The translations under genes and the position numbers were made by a program. Below, piece by piece: positions 1 to 12,674 of a stretch of DNA of 64,000 bases. Numbering within the stretch: position 1 is the first letter of the stretch; the number at the start of each line of letters is the position of its first letter. Source of the stretch: Escherichia phage vB_EcoM_JQD51; sequence record PV204681; one strand, given 5' to 3'. Under the pieces are notes generated by a model. It was not told where the DNA came from, ran no database searches, and saw nothing but the letters and a program-made list of their open reading frames with translations.

Positions 1-452
1 ACCCATGAGAAAATACCAGAAAGATACTTAATCGTGAATGGGTCTAATACTTCAGTTGCTAATGGAAGTCCCATACGTAGAAGTTTACGACACAATGTTC
101 GTGCAACTATAAGACCGTGGTTCATATCAAAACTTCCGTCAAGATATGGATCATTTACAAGACCTTTCCAACCTACGGTAGTTCGAGGCTTTTCAAAATA
201 AACGCGCATCACTAACAAAACATTAGGAAGACGAGTTTGAAGTTCAGCCAGACGTTTGCCGTATTCAACAGCAGCAATAGGGTCATGAATTGAGCAAGGA
301 CCTACAACAATAAGTTTGCGTGGGTCTTCACCGTTCATAATCGAATTAACTTGTTCGCGATGAGAAGCCACTTGTGATGCGTAAGCTTCCGACAAAGGAA
401 TAATCTCAGCCAGTTCTTTTGGAGAAATAAGTTTTCTGATGACAGGTAACAT
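1..452 (-). CDS. Class I DAHP synthase (AroG-like), N-terminal ~150 codons; gene continues beyond window start
   Basis: Hand translation of minus strand from ATG at 450-452 (SD TAAGGA upstream): MLPVIRKLISPKELAEIIPL...LIVVGPCSIHDPIAAVEYGKRLAELQ...VMRVYFEKPRTTVGWKGLVNDPYLDGSF. The GPCSIHD and KPRTTVGWKGL motifs are DAHP synthase hallmarks. Not in ORF track because it has no stop in window. Confidence 0.75.
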   Translation of the reverse strand, partial: MLPVIRKLISPKELAEIIPLSEAYASQVASHREQVNSIMNGEDPRKLIVVGPCSIHDPIAAVEYGKRLAELQTRLPNVLLVMRVYFEKPRTTVGWKGLVNDPYLDGSFDMNHGLIVARTLCRKLLRMGLPLATEVLDPFTIKYLSGIFSW

Positions 453-572
453 AACAATCCTTAGGAGATATAAACAGATTCTGATTCAACAATACCTTTA
501 ACCGGATTAGACAGGCTAAGTTGGTAGTGCTCAGATTTATGACCATTCACGATAGTAATGAGATAGCTCTCA

Positions 573-809
573 TTATAGTGTTCCATATACTCGAGTTGCT
601 TCAACAAGACCATCACTGCCTAATTTAAGATTAGTAATTTGGTCACCATCTTTAGGATTAACGATTATGAGAAAAGAACGTGGAGATTCTTGAATAACTC
701 GTAATGTTGCATCTTTGAAACGTTCAGACACTTTATTGATGAGTGCTTGAGCAAATTCTTTTACTTTAATCTGAAATTCGTGTACTGTAATTGGGTTTTC
801 ACTTAGCAT
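573..809 (-). CDS. hypothetical protein (78 aa)
   Basis: ORF track; ATG with GAGGAAA SD; early promoter upstream. Confidence 0.5.
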   Translation of the reverse strand: MLSENPITVHEFQIKVKEFAQALINKVSERFKDATLRVIQESPRSFLIIVNPKDGDQITNLKLGSDGLVEATRVYGTL

Positions 810-837
810 TTCTATTTCCTCATTTGTTGGTAGAGTT

Positions 838-867
838 ATAGTATCACAACTCCACCATGTTGTAAAC
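838..867 (-). promoter_or_regulatory. early promoter (GTTTAC -35 / TACTAT -10)
   Basis: Plus strand atagta -N18- gtaaac; upstream of ORF 573..809. Confidence 0.45.
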
Positions 868-869
868 CA

Positions 870-1145
870 TTAAATTGCTTTGCATTCAATTTTTTGTGTA
901 CCGAAATTGATATCACATTGGATAACTAAATCGCCGTCAAGATCAAATACCACTATGACGTGTGCAGACCCAGGGAGAAGAGTAATAGCAATAGAATCTA
1001 CTTGGTCTGGGAGCAAAGCATTGAGTACATGAGTTAGTTGAGCATGAACTCTGAGTTCGGCTGCATTATCAAGCACTTCAAACATATTATTAGCAATAAT
1101 CTGACTGAAGACTACCTTTACAATTTCAGAATAAGTTGGGAACAT
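870..1145 (-). CDS. hypothetical protein (91 aa)
   Basis: ORF track; GAGG SD 5 nt upstream. Confidence 0.5.
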   Translation of the reverse strand: MFPTYSEIVKVVFSQIIANNMFEVLDNAAELRVHAQLTHVLNALLPDQVDSIAITLLPGSAHVIVVFDLDGDLVIQCDINFGTQKIECKAI

Positions 1146-1152
1146 AATTACC

Positions 1153-1377
1153 TCAGTGTACAGTATTTACTTTAACTCGAACAACAAATCGCTCGGTCGG
1201 TTCACCTACAGGAACAAACTCTACATGATATTCACCTTTGTAACGAGTATTCAGATCATTACGAATTCCTGCGAGTTTGTTGATTAATGTAGGACTCATA
1301 TTAAGTCCCACTAGTTTACGAAGCATTTTGTATGCTTCATCTTCGATTTCATGATGTTTATCGTACATAGTTTTCAT
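1153..1377 (-). CDS. hypothetical protein (74 aa)
   Basis: ORF track; no clear SD; start uncertain. Confidence 0.4.
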   Translation of the reverse strand: MKTMYDKHHEIEDEAYKMLRKLVGLNMSPTLINKLAGIRNDLNTRYKGEYHVEFVPVGEPTERFVVRVKVNTVH

Positions 1378-1548
1378 TTAACCATTCAATTGCCTGGTCG
1401 ACGTTATCAAATATACCGCCGTCCAACCATTCTTCATGTTCATAGTCCAGCACATCAATACCGAACCGTCCATTTACTAAAGGCCATACTACAAACAAAT
1501 ATTCTTTATGCTGTTCGATGGCCTCAATCACTTCATATAATCGTTTCA

Positions 1549-1549
<1 letters not shown>
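1358..1549 (-). CDS. hypothetical protein (63 aa)
   Basis: ORF track; start overlaps pseT stop (TAATG coupling). Confidence 0.45.
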
Positions 1550-2635
<1,086 letters not shown>

Positions 2636-2636
<1 letters not shown>

Positions 2637-2935
2637 TATTTTATTCCTAAGAAAATTTCAAGAATACGAATGTTATGCTCGCGCCGGTCTTTATTAATTT
2701 CAGCAACGTTTTTATTAATTGACGTACTTCTAACGTTTGAAGAAATAAATTTAATCATATGACTTTTGAGTTGTTGCAAATCCAACCCTTTTTCTTTAGC
2801 AGCTTTACGAAGAGCTTTACCTGCTTCATCTAGTGCCTTTGCTGCATCTTTGTCATAATTGCCGAGTGACATTCCACGACAGATATCAATATACTCATCA
2901 GACCGTTTGATGTAATTCTCTAGTAATGTTTTCAT
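2636..2935 (-). CDS. hypothetical protein (99 aa)
   Basis: ORF track; GAGGAAA SD; early promoter immediately upstream. Confidence 0.5.
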
Positions 2936-2963
2936 TTAGATTTCCTCAATTATCCATAGGAGC

Positions 2964-2993
2964 ATTATACTCTGCTCCTGAGAGTTTGTAAAC
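2964..2993 (-). promoter_or_regulatory. early promoter (GTTTAC / TATAAT) within inverted repeat
   Basis: Plus strand attata -N18- gtaaac; -10 sits in IR ggagca...tgctcc; upstream of ORF 2636..2935. Confidence 0.45.
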
Positions 2994-3217
2994 TATTTTA
3001 CTAAAGATTCAATATACTCGTGAAGAGCTTTAGTCGCTACTGCCCACTTATTCTGATATTCATTTTTCAGATTAGCACGAGACTGAACTAACAATCGGTC
3101 ATTAGTCGGAGGCAAAGATTCTAATCGTTGAATCTGGCGCCCATAAATCATAGCCGCCATTTCAGATTCATAGATAAGCCCTTTAATGTATTCATGTTGT
3201 TCTTTAGTCATTGGCAT
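2993..3217 (-). CDS. hypothetical protein (74 aa), pseT.1 position
   Basis: ORF track; GAGGA SD. Confidence 0.5.
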   Translation of the reverse strand: MPMTKEQHEYIKGLIYESEMAAMIYGRQIQRLESLPPTNDRLLVQSRANLKNEYQNKWAVATKALHEYIESLVK

Positions 3218-3498
3218 TTTTCCTCTTTTAAACCACTACGATAATAACATATCATAGTCTTCTGGTCATGTACATATCTTTTTACATCGTTTAACCAGAT
3301 ACGAAATTCTTGAGAGTCTTCAAACGGCATTCCAACCCACGGATTACCATCAATAACCTTTACTTGCCATTTCTGGTTATATTCAACAATAGATTCAGGC
3401 CATGGCGGATGTAAAGTTTCTTTAGGGCTTAAGGGCACATCCTGGGCACATCCAGCCAAAATACTAATAGATAATACAACTGCGGTTAATTTAATCAT
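3208..3498 (-). CDS. outer-membrane spanin (o-spanin lipoprotein), T4 PseT.2 position
   Basis: 96 aa; signal peptide with lipobox ILAGC; ATGA overlap with upstream i-spanin. Confidence 0.7.
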   Translation of the reverse strand: MIKLTAVVLSISILAGCAQDVPLSPKETLHPPWPESIVEYNQKWQVKVIDGNPWVGMPFEDSQEFRIWLNDVKRYVHDQKTMICYYRSGLKEEKCQ

Positions 3499-3851
3499 TC
3501 TGAGAGCTTCCTGAGGTCTTCTGCAAAGGAATCGAAGGACCTGTTGATTTGTTTTTCGACCAATCCTGGTTTACTTGCCACCACGTTCTTCTTCTTCGAA
3601 TCCTTACGGAGCTTTTCATTTTCGGCCTTAAGTTGGTCAACTAAAACACGGTTCTTATAAGTCATTTCTTCGATTGACTGATATTGAACCTTGAAGTCGT
3701 CTAATACTTTAGCATTGTTTTTAGCGGTCTCTTTGACAGAAGCTAATTCAGTATTCAACGAATCAACTTTGTTGTTTAAGACAACTATTGTTACCGTAGA
3801 AACTAGAGCAAAAGCTGCTACTATAGCATAAATCGGATTTACTTTAAGCAT
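3495..3851 (-). CDS. inner-membrane spanin (i-spanin), T4 PseT.3 position
   Basis: 118 aa; N-terminal TM (IYAIVAAFALVSTVTIVVL) followed by charged coiled-coil region; sits directly upstream of the lipoprotein. Confidence 0.7.
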   Translation of the reverse strand: MLKVNPIYAIVAAFALVSTVTIVVLNNKVDSLNTELASVKETAKNNAKVLDDFKVQYQSIEEMTYKNRVLVDQLKAENEKLRKDSKKKNVVASKPGLVEKQINRSFDSFAEDLRKLSE

Positions 3852-4339
3852 GTTTTAATAATCTCAATGATTTCATCTCGGGATAATCCATTGATAAGAA
3901 CGGTTTTCGGACCATCGCACTGGATTTTGTACGATTCAAACAATACACACAACTCTTCTGCTGTATGATATGGACTTGAAATTCCGAGGCGGTTGAATTT
4001 GTCGGTAAGAGGGTCGCAAATAATGTAGAATTTTATACCTGCGATATGTACATTTGGTTGACTAATATTAATGAACACATTAGCGTCATATTTAGTCAAA
4101 TTGTTTTGAAGAAATTCTACCATGGCATTAACTGCTTCTGGCATCGCTTCACGTTTCTCTTCGGCGTAACGTGTTGAATATTCCTTTTGCTTTAACTTCT
4201 TTTTAGCATTTTTCGCTAGAGTAGTACGAAGGTCCGTAAGATAACCAACTGCACGGCCTTTCTTAAAGACCCGGATTCCATCTGTAGAATCACCAAATGC
4301 TGCCACAACCATATCGTTAGTAATCAATTGCATATTCAT
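3839..4339 (-). CDS. alc: Alc, inhibitor of host transcription on cytosine-containing DNA
   Basis: Track ORF 3839..4402 trimmed to internal ATG (MNMQLITNDMVVAAFGDS...) with AGGAGA SD; 166 aa; position between rnlA and spanins as in T4. Confidence 0.7.
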   Translation of the reverse strand: MNMQLITNDMVVAAFGDSTDGIRVFKKGRAVGYLTDLRTTLAKNAKKKLKQKEYSTRYAEEKREAMPEAVNAMVEFLQNNLTKYDANVFINISQPNVHIAGIKFYIICDPLTDKFNRLGISSPYHTAEELCVLFESYKIQCDGPKTVLINGLSRDEIIEIIKTCLK

Positions 4340-4401
4340 AATTTTCTCCTCGTGTTGTTGATAAAAACCATAGTAACACCTTCCTTGGTGTTTGTAAACC
4401 A

Positions 4402-5535
<1,134 letters not shown>

Positions 5536-5554
5536 TCAGTTAGTTTTTTTTTAA

Positions 5555-5584
5555 ATTGTACCACAATCCTTGTGGCATGTAAAC
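5555..5584 (-). promoter_or_regulatory. early promoter for rnlA
   Basis: Plus strand attgta -N18- gtaaac. Confidence 0.45.
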
Positions 5585-5994
5585 TACTTTTTCTTATGTT
5601 GGATATTCCAAGGCGGGTTGAACTTTTTGATAAAAAGCGGTTCTTCAAGGTCCATTGTTGCGATGGTCATTGAACCAAGTTCGTTGGTGACTGAAAGGTC
5701 AAAACATTGGCGGGCCCAGAATTCAACCTTTTTGCCTTGCATTAAGGCATCCAAAATCATAAGTGATTTTCTTGAATCTGAAGTCTGGTCTTTTCGATTT
5801 ATGGCTGTTCGATAATAGTTAATGCGTTTCTTTAAATTCTTGGTTTTACCAATATACACAAGTTCGTCATCTATAGCAATAGCGTATATGACATTTTTCT
5901 TATTAGGGACATCAACTGTTTTAATTGTTGCATCTTCTAATAGCTCCAATTCTGTATATTTAATAAAGGAATATTCGGCGGCAATATCTTTCAT
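5584..5994 (-). CDS. denA: endonuclease II (GIY-YIG)
   Basis: 136 aa; GIY-YIG motif (VIYAIAI...LVYIGKTKNLKKRINYY); between rnlA and nrdB as in T4. Confidence 0.8.
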   Translation of the reverse strand: MKDIAAEYSFIKYTELELLEDATIKTVDVPNKKNVIYAIAIDDELVYIGKTKNLKKRINYYRTAINRKDQTSDSRKSLMILDALMQGKKVEFWARQCFDLSVTNELGSMTIATMDLEEPLFIKKFNPPWNIQHKKK

Positions 5995-6002
5995 AATAAA
6001 GT

Positions 6003-6016
6003 GGGACCGAAGTCCC
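6003..6016 (-). other. UUCG-tetraloop stem-loop between nrdB and denA
   Basis: Minus-strand GGGAC-UUCG-GUCCC; no T-run. Confidence 0.4.
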
Positions 6017-6020
6017 GTCC

Positions 6021-7160
6021 TTAGAAATATTTTTTGTATGAATTGATTACATTTTGGTCTACATCATTATCAATTTGTGCGACAAGATAAGAACTGATTT
6101 CAACTTCCTGAGGAGCTGCTTGAACTAAATCAGAGTTCAGATATTCACGAATCCAAGGATACGGATGCTTGGTCGGAGCATCAGTGATTGGGCATGGCAA
6201 ACCACACTGTTTCATACGAGACACAGTCAAGTAATCAACAAAAGCACACATACTCTGCGTATTGATACCTGGGCATGTACCGTCTTTAAAGAGGTGTGCA
6301 GCCCATTCCTTCTCTTGACGGTTAACTTCCATAAAAATGTCAACTGCTTCTTGTTCACATTCTTTAGCAATTTGAACCCACTCATCGCCGTCAATACCAG
6401 ATTGAAGTTGACGAATAATGTACTGAGTACCCTTGAGGTGGAGTTGTTCGTCACGAGCAATGAACTTCATAATCTTTGCATTACCTTCCATAATTTCCAT
6501 ATTTTTATGGAAGTTGAAAGTACATGCAAATGATACGTAAAAACGAATAGCTTCCAGAGCGTTGATTACGTGCAGACAGAGGTAAAGAGAACGCATTAGT
6601 TCGTATTTAGCCTGTTTTACGCCTTCGCTAAACTCGTGATATTCTTCTAAAGCATTCTGGTAAAGGCGAGTCTTGACTAGAACATCATCGTAATATTTAC
6701 CTATTGATTCAGCTCGTTTCATGATTGCTTCGTCTAATACAATTTCATCAAATACCTTAGATGGATCCGTATAAAGATTTCGCATAATATGAGTATACGA
6801 ACGAGAGTGAATAGTTTCACTGAATGTCCATGTTGCAACCCACGTATCTAATGAAGGGTCGGAAATCAGTGCCATAAGTACCGCAGATGGGGCCCTGCCT
6901 TGGATAGAATCTAATAATGATTGATACTTAAGATTGTTTGTAAAGATGTCCTGTTGGAACTGAGGAAGCTTATTGAACTGCGCAGAGTCCAACATCAAGT
7001 TTACCTCTTCTGGGCGCCAAAAAAACGATAATTGCTTTTCGGTCAAATCTTCAAAAACTTTATGGCGTTGAATATCATAACGCGCAATACCAAGACCAGA
7101 ACCAAAGAACATCGGTTCATTCAAAACATCGACTTGTCGTGTGTTAAAAACTGTACTCAT
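6021..7160 (-). CDS. nrdB: ribonucleotide reductase beta subunit (class Ia), intronless
   Basis: 379 aa contiguous ORF; ferritin-like R2 sequence. Confidence 0.95.
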   Translation of the reverse strand: MSTVFNTRQVDVLNEPMFFGSGLGIARYDIQRHKVFEDLTEKQLSFFWRPEEVNLMLDSAQFNKLPQFQQDIFTNNLKYQSLLDSIQGRAPSAVLMALISDPSLDTWVATWTFSETIHSRSYTHIMRNLYTDPSKVFDEIVLDEAIMKRAESIGKYYDDVLVKTRLYQNALEEYHEFSEGVKQAKYELMRSLYLCLHVINALEAIRFYVSFACTFNFHKNMEIMEGNAKIMKFIARDEQLHLKGTQYIIRQLQSGIDGDEWVQIAKECEQEAVDIFMEVNRQEKEWAAHLFKDGTCPGINTQSMCAFVDYLTVSRMKQCGLPCPITDAPTKHPYPWIREYLNSDLVQAAPQEVEISSYLVAQIDNDVDQNVINSYKKYF

Positions 7161-7213
7161 TATATTTTCTCACTTAGTTTAACTCATCCATGAGTAAATT
7201 ATAATCAAAAGTC

Positions 7214-9469
7214 TTAAAGCTTACAAGCAGAACAATCTTCAGCTTTAGGTGTTTCTAATTCATAGTCATCTGTACCTGACCCATCACGAGTGTTATGATA
7301 GTAGAGGTTTTTTCCACCAAAGTACCAGAAGTAAAGCAGATCGTCAAGCATTACCGACATTGGCACTTTACCTTTCTCAAATACCGCAGGGTCATAGTAA
7401 GTATTAGCAGAAGCAGATTGGCACACCCATTTCAACATGATAGCAACTTGGGTCAAATAAGGTTTATTACCTTTCTTAGCAAGTTTCCACGCGTAGTCAT
7501 AAAGACCCACGTTATGTTCGATATTAGGAACAACCTGACGGAAGTTGCCTTCTTTAGATTCTTTAATACTTACTGGACCACGTGGGGGCTCAATCCCATT
7601 TGTAGAGTTCGATACTTGACTGCTTGACTCACAAGGCATGAGTGCAGACAACGTTGAGTTACGAATTCCATGTTCTTTGAGTTCAGCTCGAAGTTCTTCC
7701 CAGTCACAAACGTAGTTTGGAGCTGCGATTTGGTCAATCTTTTTATTGTACCAGTCGATAGGTAATTCGCCTCGAGACCATTTAGTGTCTGAATAATACT
7801 CGCAAGGTCCTTTTTCTTCGGCCAACTTGATTGATGCTCGGATAAGCCCATATTGTAATCTCTCAAACAGTTCATGAGTTAAATCGTTTGCGTCTTCATA
7901 AGAAGCAAAGTTGCTTGCTAACCAAGCTGCATAGTTCGTAACACCAACACCCAGATTACGACGCTTTTTAGCTTTTAAAGCTTCTGGAACCGGATAATCT
8001 TGATAGTCTAACAGGTTATCAAGTGCACGTACTTGTACTTCAGCAAGTTCATTAATTTTATCTTGGTCTTGCCAATCAAATTTATCTAATACAAAAGCAG
8101 ATAATGTGCATAAACCAATTTCAGCATCGGGACCATTCACATCATTAGTTGGAATAGCGATTTCACAACATAAGTTACTCTGACGAATTGGAGCTTTTTC
8201 ACGAATAAATGGTGTGAAGTTGTTAGTGTTATCAACGAACTGAGGATAAATTCGAGCAGTACCAGAACGTTCAGTCATGAACAATTCAAAGAGTTCTAGT
8301 GCTTTGATTCTTTTCTTTCTGATTGTCGGGTCTTTTTCAGCTTTCTCATAAAGCTCACGGAATTTATCTTGATCTTCAAAGAATGAGTAGTATAGTTCGC
8401 CTGACATTTCGTGAGGGCTAAATAAAGTAATATAATCATTTTTACCAAGGCGTTCCATCATAAGGTCATTAATCTGAATTCCGTAGTCCATATGTCGAAT
8501 ACGGTTTTCATCCACGCCTTTGTTATTTTTCAGAACTAATAGGTTCTCTACTTCTAAGTGCCACATCGGATAATACGCTGTAGCAGCACCACCACGAATA
8601 CCACCTTGAGAACAAGATTTTACTGCAGTTTGGAAATGTTTCCAGAACGGAATAACACCCGTATGTCGAACTTCGCCCATACCGATCTTAGAACCTTCTG
8701 CACGAAGCATACCAACGTTGATACCGATACCAGCTCGTTTAGAAATATATTCAATAATTGATGCTGAAGTTTTGTTAATAGATTTTAACGAATCACCTGC
8801 TTCAATAACTACACAACTAGAGAACTGGCGAGTTGGAGTACGAGCACCCGCCATAATTGGGGTTGGCAATGAAACTTGATGAGTAGAAACGGCATCATAA
8901 AAACGAATAATATGTTTCAAACGGTCATGAGTTTCGTCTTGGTGTAAGGCCATACCAATAGCCATGATAGCAAACTGTGGAGTTTCATAAATCTTCCCAG
9001 TTGTTTTATCTTTAACTAGATATTTTTCTTTAAGCTGCATAGCACCGGCATAAGTCAGGTCAAAGTCTCGTTCGTGTTTAATCTGTGAATCGAGATAAAT
9101 GATTTCTTCTGCTGAATATTGAGACAACAGCTCAGGGTCATATTTGCCTTCATTAACACAGTAAGAAATATGGTCGATAAAAGCAGGCGGTTCAAACTGC
9201 CCGTATACATCTTTACGAAGTGCAAACATTAGTCCTTTAGCGGCGACATACTGATAATCAGGTTCTTCGACAGAAATCGAGTTAGCTGCAACTTTAATAC
9301 AAATCTTCTGAATATCTTTGGTGCTCATCCCGTCGACAAGATGGAGTTTAATTTCTTCATATAATTCATATGGGTCAATTTGTGTTCCTTCACATTGCCA
9401 AGTTAAGACTTGAATAATTTTCTGTGCATCAAAATTTTGGGATACCCCACTGCTCTTAGTTACTTGCAT
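7214..9469 (-). CDS. nrdA: ribonucleotide reductase alpha subunit (class Ia)
   Basis: 751 aa; C-terminal CSACKL redox tail; GAGGA SD. Confidence 0.95.
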   Translation of the reverse strand: MQVTKSSGVSQNFDAQKIIQVLTWQCEGTQIDPYELYEEIKLHLVDGMSTKDIQKICIKVAANSISVEEPDYQYVAAKGLMFALRKDVYGQFEPPAFIDHISYCVNEGKYDPELLSQYSAEEIIYLDSQIKHERDFDLTYAGAMQLKEKYLVKDKTTGKIYETPQFAIMAIGMALHQDETHDRLKHIIRFYDAVSTHQVSLPTPIMAGARTPTRQFSSCVVIEAGDSLKSINKTSASIIEYISKRAGIGINVGMLRAEGSKIGMGEVRHTGVIPFWKHFQTAVKSCSQGGIRGGAATAYYPMWHLEVENLLVLKNNKGVDENRIRHMDYGIQINDLMMERLGKNDYITLFSPHEMSGELYYSFFEDQDKFRELYEKAEKDPTIRKKRIKALELFELFMTERSGTARIYPQFVDNTNNFTPFIREKAPIRQSNLCCEIAIPTNDVNGPDAEIGLCTLSAFVLDKFDWQDQDKINELAEVQVRALDNLLDYQDYPVPEALKAKKRRNLGVGVTNYAAWLASNFASYEDANDLTHELFERLQYGLIRASIKLAEEKGPCEYYSDTKWSRGELPIDWYNKKIDQIAAPNYVCDWEELRAELKEHGIRNSTLSALMPCESSSQVSNSTNGIEPPRGPVSIKESKEGNFRQVVPNIEHNVGLYDYAWKLAKKGNKPYLTQVAIMLKWVCQSASANTYYDPAVFEKGKVPMSVMLDDLLYFWYFGGKNLYYHNTRDGSGTDDYELETPKAEDCSACKL

Positions 9470-9556
9470 ATATTCCTCAGTATAGGTTGATAGACATTAC
9501 TCCAAACGGGATAGTATTTATCCCGTTAATTTATTATACACTTTTAAACTGAAGCG

Positions 9557-9811
9557 TTAATTATTCTTAGCAATAATTTCTTTGTATTCTTTAGGAGTCA
9601 AGACCGTGATATCGAAATAAACCACTGGTTCTTTTTCCATACCGTAACCACCACAAAATTCACGATATTCATAAATTCGTTCATGTGAATAACAAACGAA
9701 TCGTTCACCTTTAACTGTGATTTCACTATTTGGTGAAGGGATATCTAGTTCGGTAGGATTTTTCATTTCAAAAATTGTGGTGCCGTATGAATTAATAAAA
9801 CGTAAAATCAT
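9557..9811 (-). CDS. hypothetical protein (84 aa)
   Basis: ORF track; between nrdA and td. Confidence 0.5.
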   Translation of the reverse strand: MILRFINSYGTTIFEMKNPTELDIPSPNSEITVKGERFVCYSHERIYEYREFCGGYGMEKEPVVYFDITVLTPKEYKEIIAKNN

Positions 9812-9812
9812 T

Positions 9813-10673
9813 TTATACCGCCATTTTAGCTTTGATAGCTGGATGTGATTCGTAATTTTTAAGAATAAAGTCTTTAGGACGAAGTTTTAATACATATTCG
9901 ATTTGTTCTTCGGTTGATAGATGTCTAAATTTGTATGGTAATCCGTTAATAACTAATTCACACAGTTCTTTAGGCTCACGTCGTAAAACTTCTTTGCATT
10001 GTTCTACATGATTGCTGTAGATATGCGTGTTGCCGCCTGAGAACACTAAATCACCTGGGATAAGGTTACACATCTTCGCTACAATATGCGTCAAGGCAGC
10101 GTACGAGGCAATGTTGAACGGCAGGCCCAAGAAAACATCTACACTGCGTTGATACCATTGTAAATCAAGATGACCATTACGCACATTGAACTGGTAGAAC
10201 ATATGGCAAGGAGGAAGTGCCATTTGATTTATTTCAGCTGGATTCCAGGCAGAAACAATTTGACGACGATCAGTTGGTAATTTTTTAATACGGTCGATTG
10301 TTTCAACTAATTGGTCTACACCGCCGAAATCACGCCATTGTTTACCATATATAGGACCAAGTTCACCGCTATGGTACCCAAGGTCTTTTGCCTGATTTTC
10401 GTAATTATCGTCCCAAATAGTTTTACCTTCAATTAGACTACCATGGGTACGAAGACGTAATTCGTTAACATTAGTAGAACCGGACATGAACCACAGTAGT
10501 TCGGCAATACAAGCTTTCCATGCTAATTTCTTAGTTGTTACTGCAGGGAATCCTTTAGTCAGGTCCCAACGTAATTTAGTTCCGAACAGGGCAATTGTTC
10601 CTGTGCCTGTACGGTCGTCTGTTTCATAGCCGTTTTCAAGGATATTTTTAATTAAATCTTGATATTGTTTCAT
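9813..10673 (-). CDS. td: thymidylate synthase, intronless
   Basis: 286 aa contiguous; active-site motif PPCHMFYQF; AGGTG SD. Confidence 0.95.
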   Translation of the reverse strand: MKQYQDLIKNILENGYETDDRTGTGTIALFGTKLRWDLTKGFPAVTTKKLAWKACIAELLWFMSGSTNVNELRLRTHGSLIEGKTIWDDNYENQAKDLGYHSGELGPIYGKQWRDFGGVDQLVETIDRIKKLPTDRRQIVSAWNPAEINQMALPPCHMFYQFNVRNGHLDLQWYQRSVDVFLGLPFNIASYAALTHIVAKMCNLIPGDLVFSGGNTHIYSNHVEQCKEVLRREPKELCELVINGLPYKFRHLSTEEQIEYVLKLRPKDFILKNYESHPAIKAKMAV

Positions 10674-10686
10674 TTAGCACCTATAA

Positions 10687-11644
<958 letters not shown>

Positions 11645-11887
11645 TCAAAACCCCTTTTCAATAAACCATTCAGTGGCTTTATTAGCGTCAAAGAATAACT
11701 CTTCATATGTCTTTTCTTTGTTTTCAAAAACTGTCACACAAACACGTTGACATTCTCCGCAGTATTCTTCTGACATACTCAAAGCGTCAGAAAACATTTC
11801 ATTAAATTCACTTAAATCGGGATTATGCAATGCGTTAAAAATTGCATAATCGAATTCGTCATTCATAAATTCAAATACAAAAATCAT
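11645..11887 (-). CDS. hypothetical protein (80 aa), frd.1 position
   Basis: Track ORF trimmed to internal ATG with GAGGAAA SD. Confidence 0.45.
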   Translation of the reverse strand: MIFVFEFMNDEFDYAIFNALHNPDLSEFNEMFSDALSMSEEYCGECQRVCVTVFENKEKTYEELFFDANKATEWFIEKGF

Positions 11888-11898
11888 ATTATTTTTCC

Positions 11899-12141
11899 TC
11901 AAACAGACTTTTTCACAATTTTCCAATCAGCTTTAAACGATTCAATGTCAGAGTGGTAAATCCAGAATCCTGCACTTTCACCATCTTCATAGAGTGGACA
12001 TCCATCGCATTCATCTTCCCAACCCATATCGCGTAAAAGATGTTCAGCTTTTTCAACAAGTTCAGCGTCTTTACCGACGATGTTGAAGTACCATTTACCT
12101 CTAACTTCAGAATCTTTGATGCTCTGGCGTTGCAATCTCAT
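11899..12141 (-). CDS. hypothetical protein (80 aa), frd.2 position
   Basis: Track ORF start is GTG; trimmed to ATG (MRLQRQ...) with AAGGAG SD. Confidence 0.45.
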   Translation of the reverse strand: MRLQRQSIKDSEVRGKWYFNIVGKDAELVEKAEHLLRDMGWEDECDGCPLYEDGESAGFWIYHSDIESFKADWKIVKKSV

Positions 12142-12202
12142 TTTATTCTCCTTCACTTTTATTTGATAGGGCTACTATAACATAGCCCTATCTTGTTATA
12201 AA

Positions 12203-12595
12203 CTACTTTTTAAAAGTTTTTTGCAAAAGTTTGATGATTTCGTCGACGTTGGTTTCGTCTACGATACAATGGATTTTTGTTACACCTAAAGTTATACCTT
12301 CGTTAGTAGGTTGAGGCTTTACTAAATCTACCTCAATAAAGTATTTGAACTCGTCAGGATAGATCTCAAAATAAGTTTCAATTCCACCACCGGCAGAACA
12401 TACAGTACCATCTTCCATAGTTACACTTACTACGTTTGACGTATCGCTATCATAATCAGGTTCCATTCCGTTTACAACAAAACTAGGCCCGTGGAGTTCA
12501 ATCAATTTTAACATCTTAGCGTTATTGTGTGGTGCTTCTTGAACAAAGTCGTCTTTAAATAAAGGGTTAATGATATAAGATTTTCCGATTTCCAT
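12203..12595 (-). CDS. hypothetical protein (130 aa), frd.3 position
   Basis: ORF track; GAGGAAA SD; early promoter upstream. Confidence 0.5.
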   Translation of the reverse strand: MEIGKSYIINPLFKDDFVQEAPHNNAKMLKLIELHGPSFVVNGMEPDYDSDTSNVVSVTMEDGTVCSAGGGIETYFEIYPDEFKYFIEVDLVKPQPTNEGITLGVTKIHCIVDETNVDEIIKLLQKTFKK

Positions 12596-12624
12596 TTTGA
12601 TTTCCTCATGTTGTTGATAGAACT

Positions 12625-12653
12625 ATAATATCACATCTAGGGAAGAAGTAAAC
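12625..12653 (-). promoter_or_regulatory. early promoter upstream of frd.3-position ORF
   Basis: Plus strand ataata -N17- gtaaac. Confidence 0.45.
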
Positions 12654-12674
12654 AACTTTTTTTGGCAATTTACA

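Noticed and set aside
1-452. Alternative reading of the edge ORF as KDO-8-phosphate synthase (which would fit with the arabinose-5-P isomerase)
   Set aside because: The KPRTTVGWKGL and GPCSIHD motifs are DAHP-synthase type; KdsA has a different motif at this position, as far as I recall.
7190-7230. Possible MotA box (TGCTTGTA) upstream of a TATAAT between nrdA and nrdB
   Set aside because: Spacing between box and -10 is about 18 nt instead of the 11-13 nt expected for T4 middle promoters.
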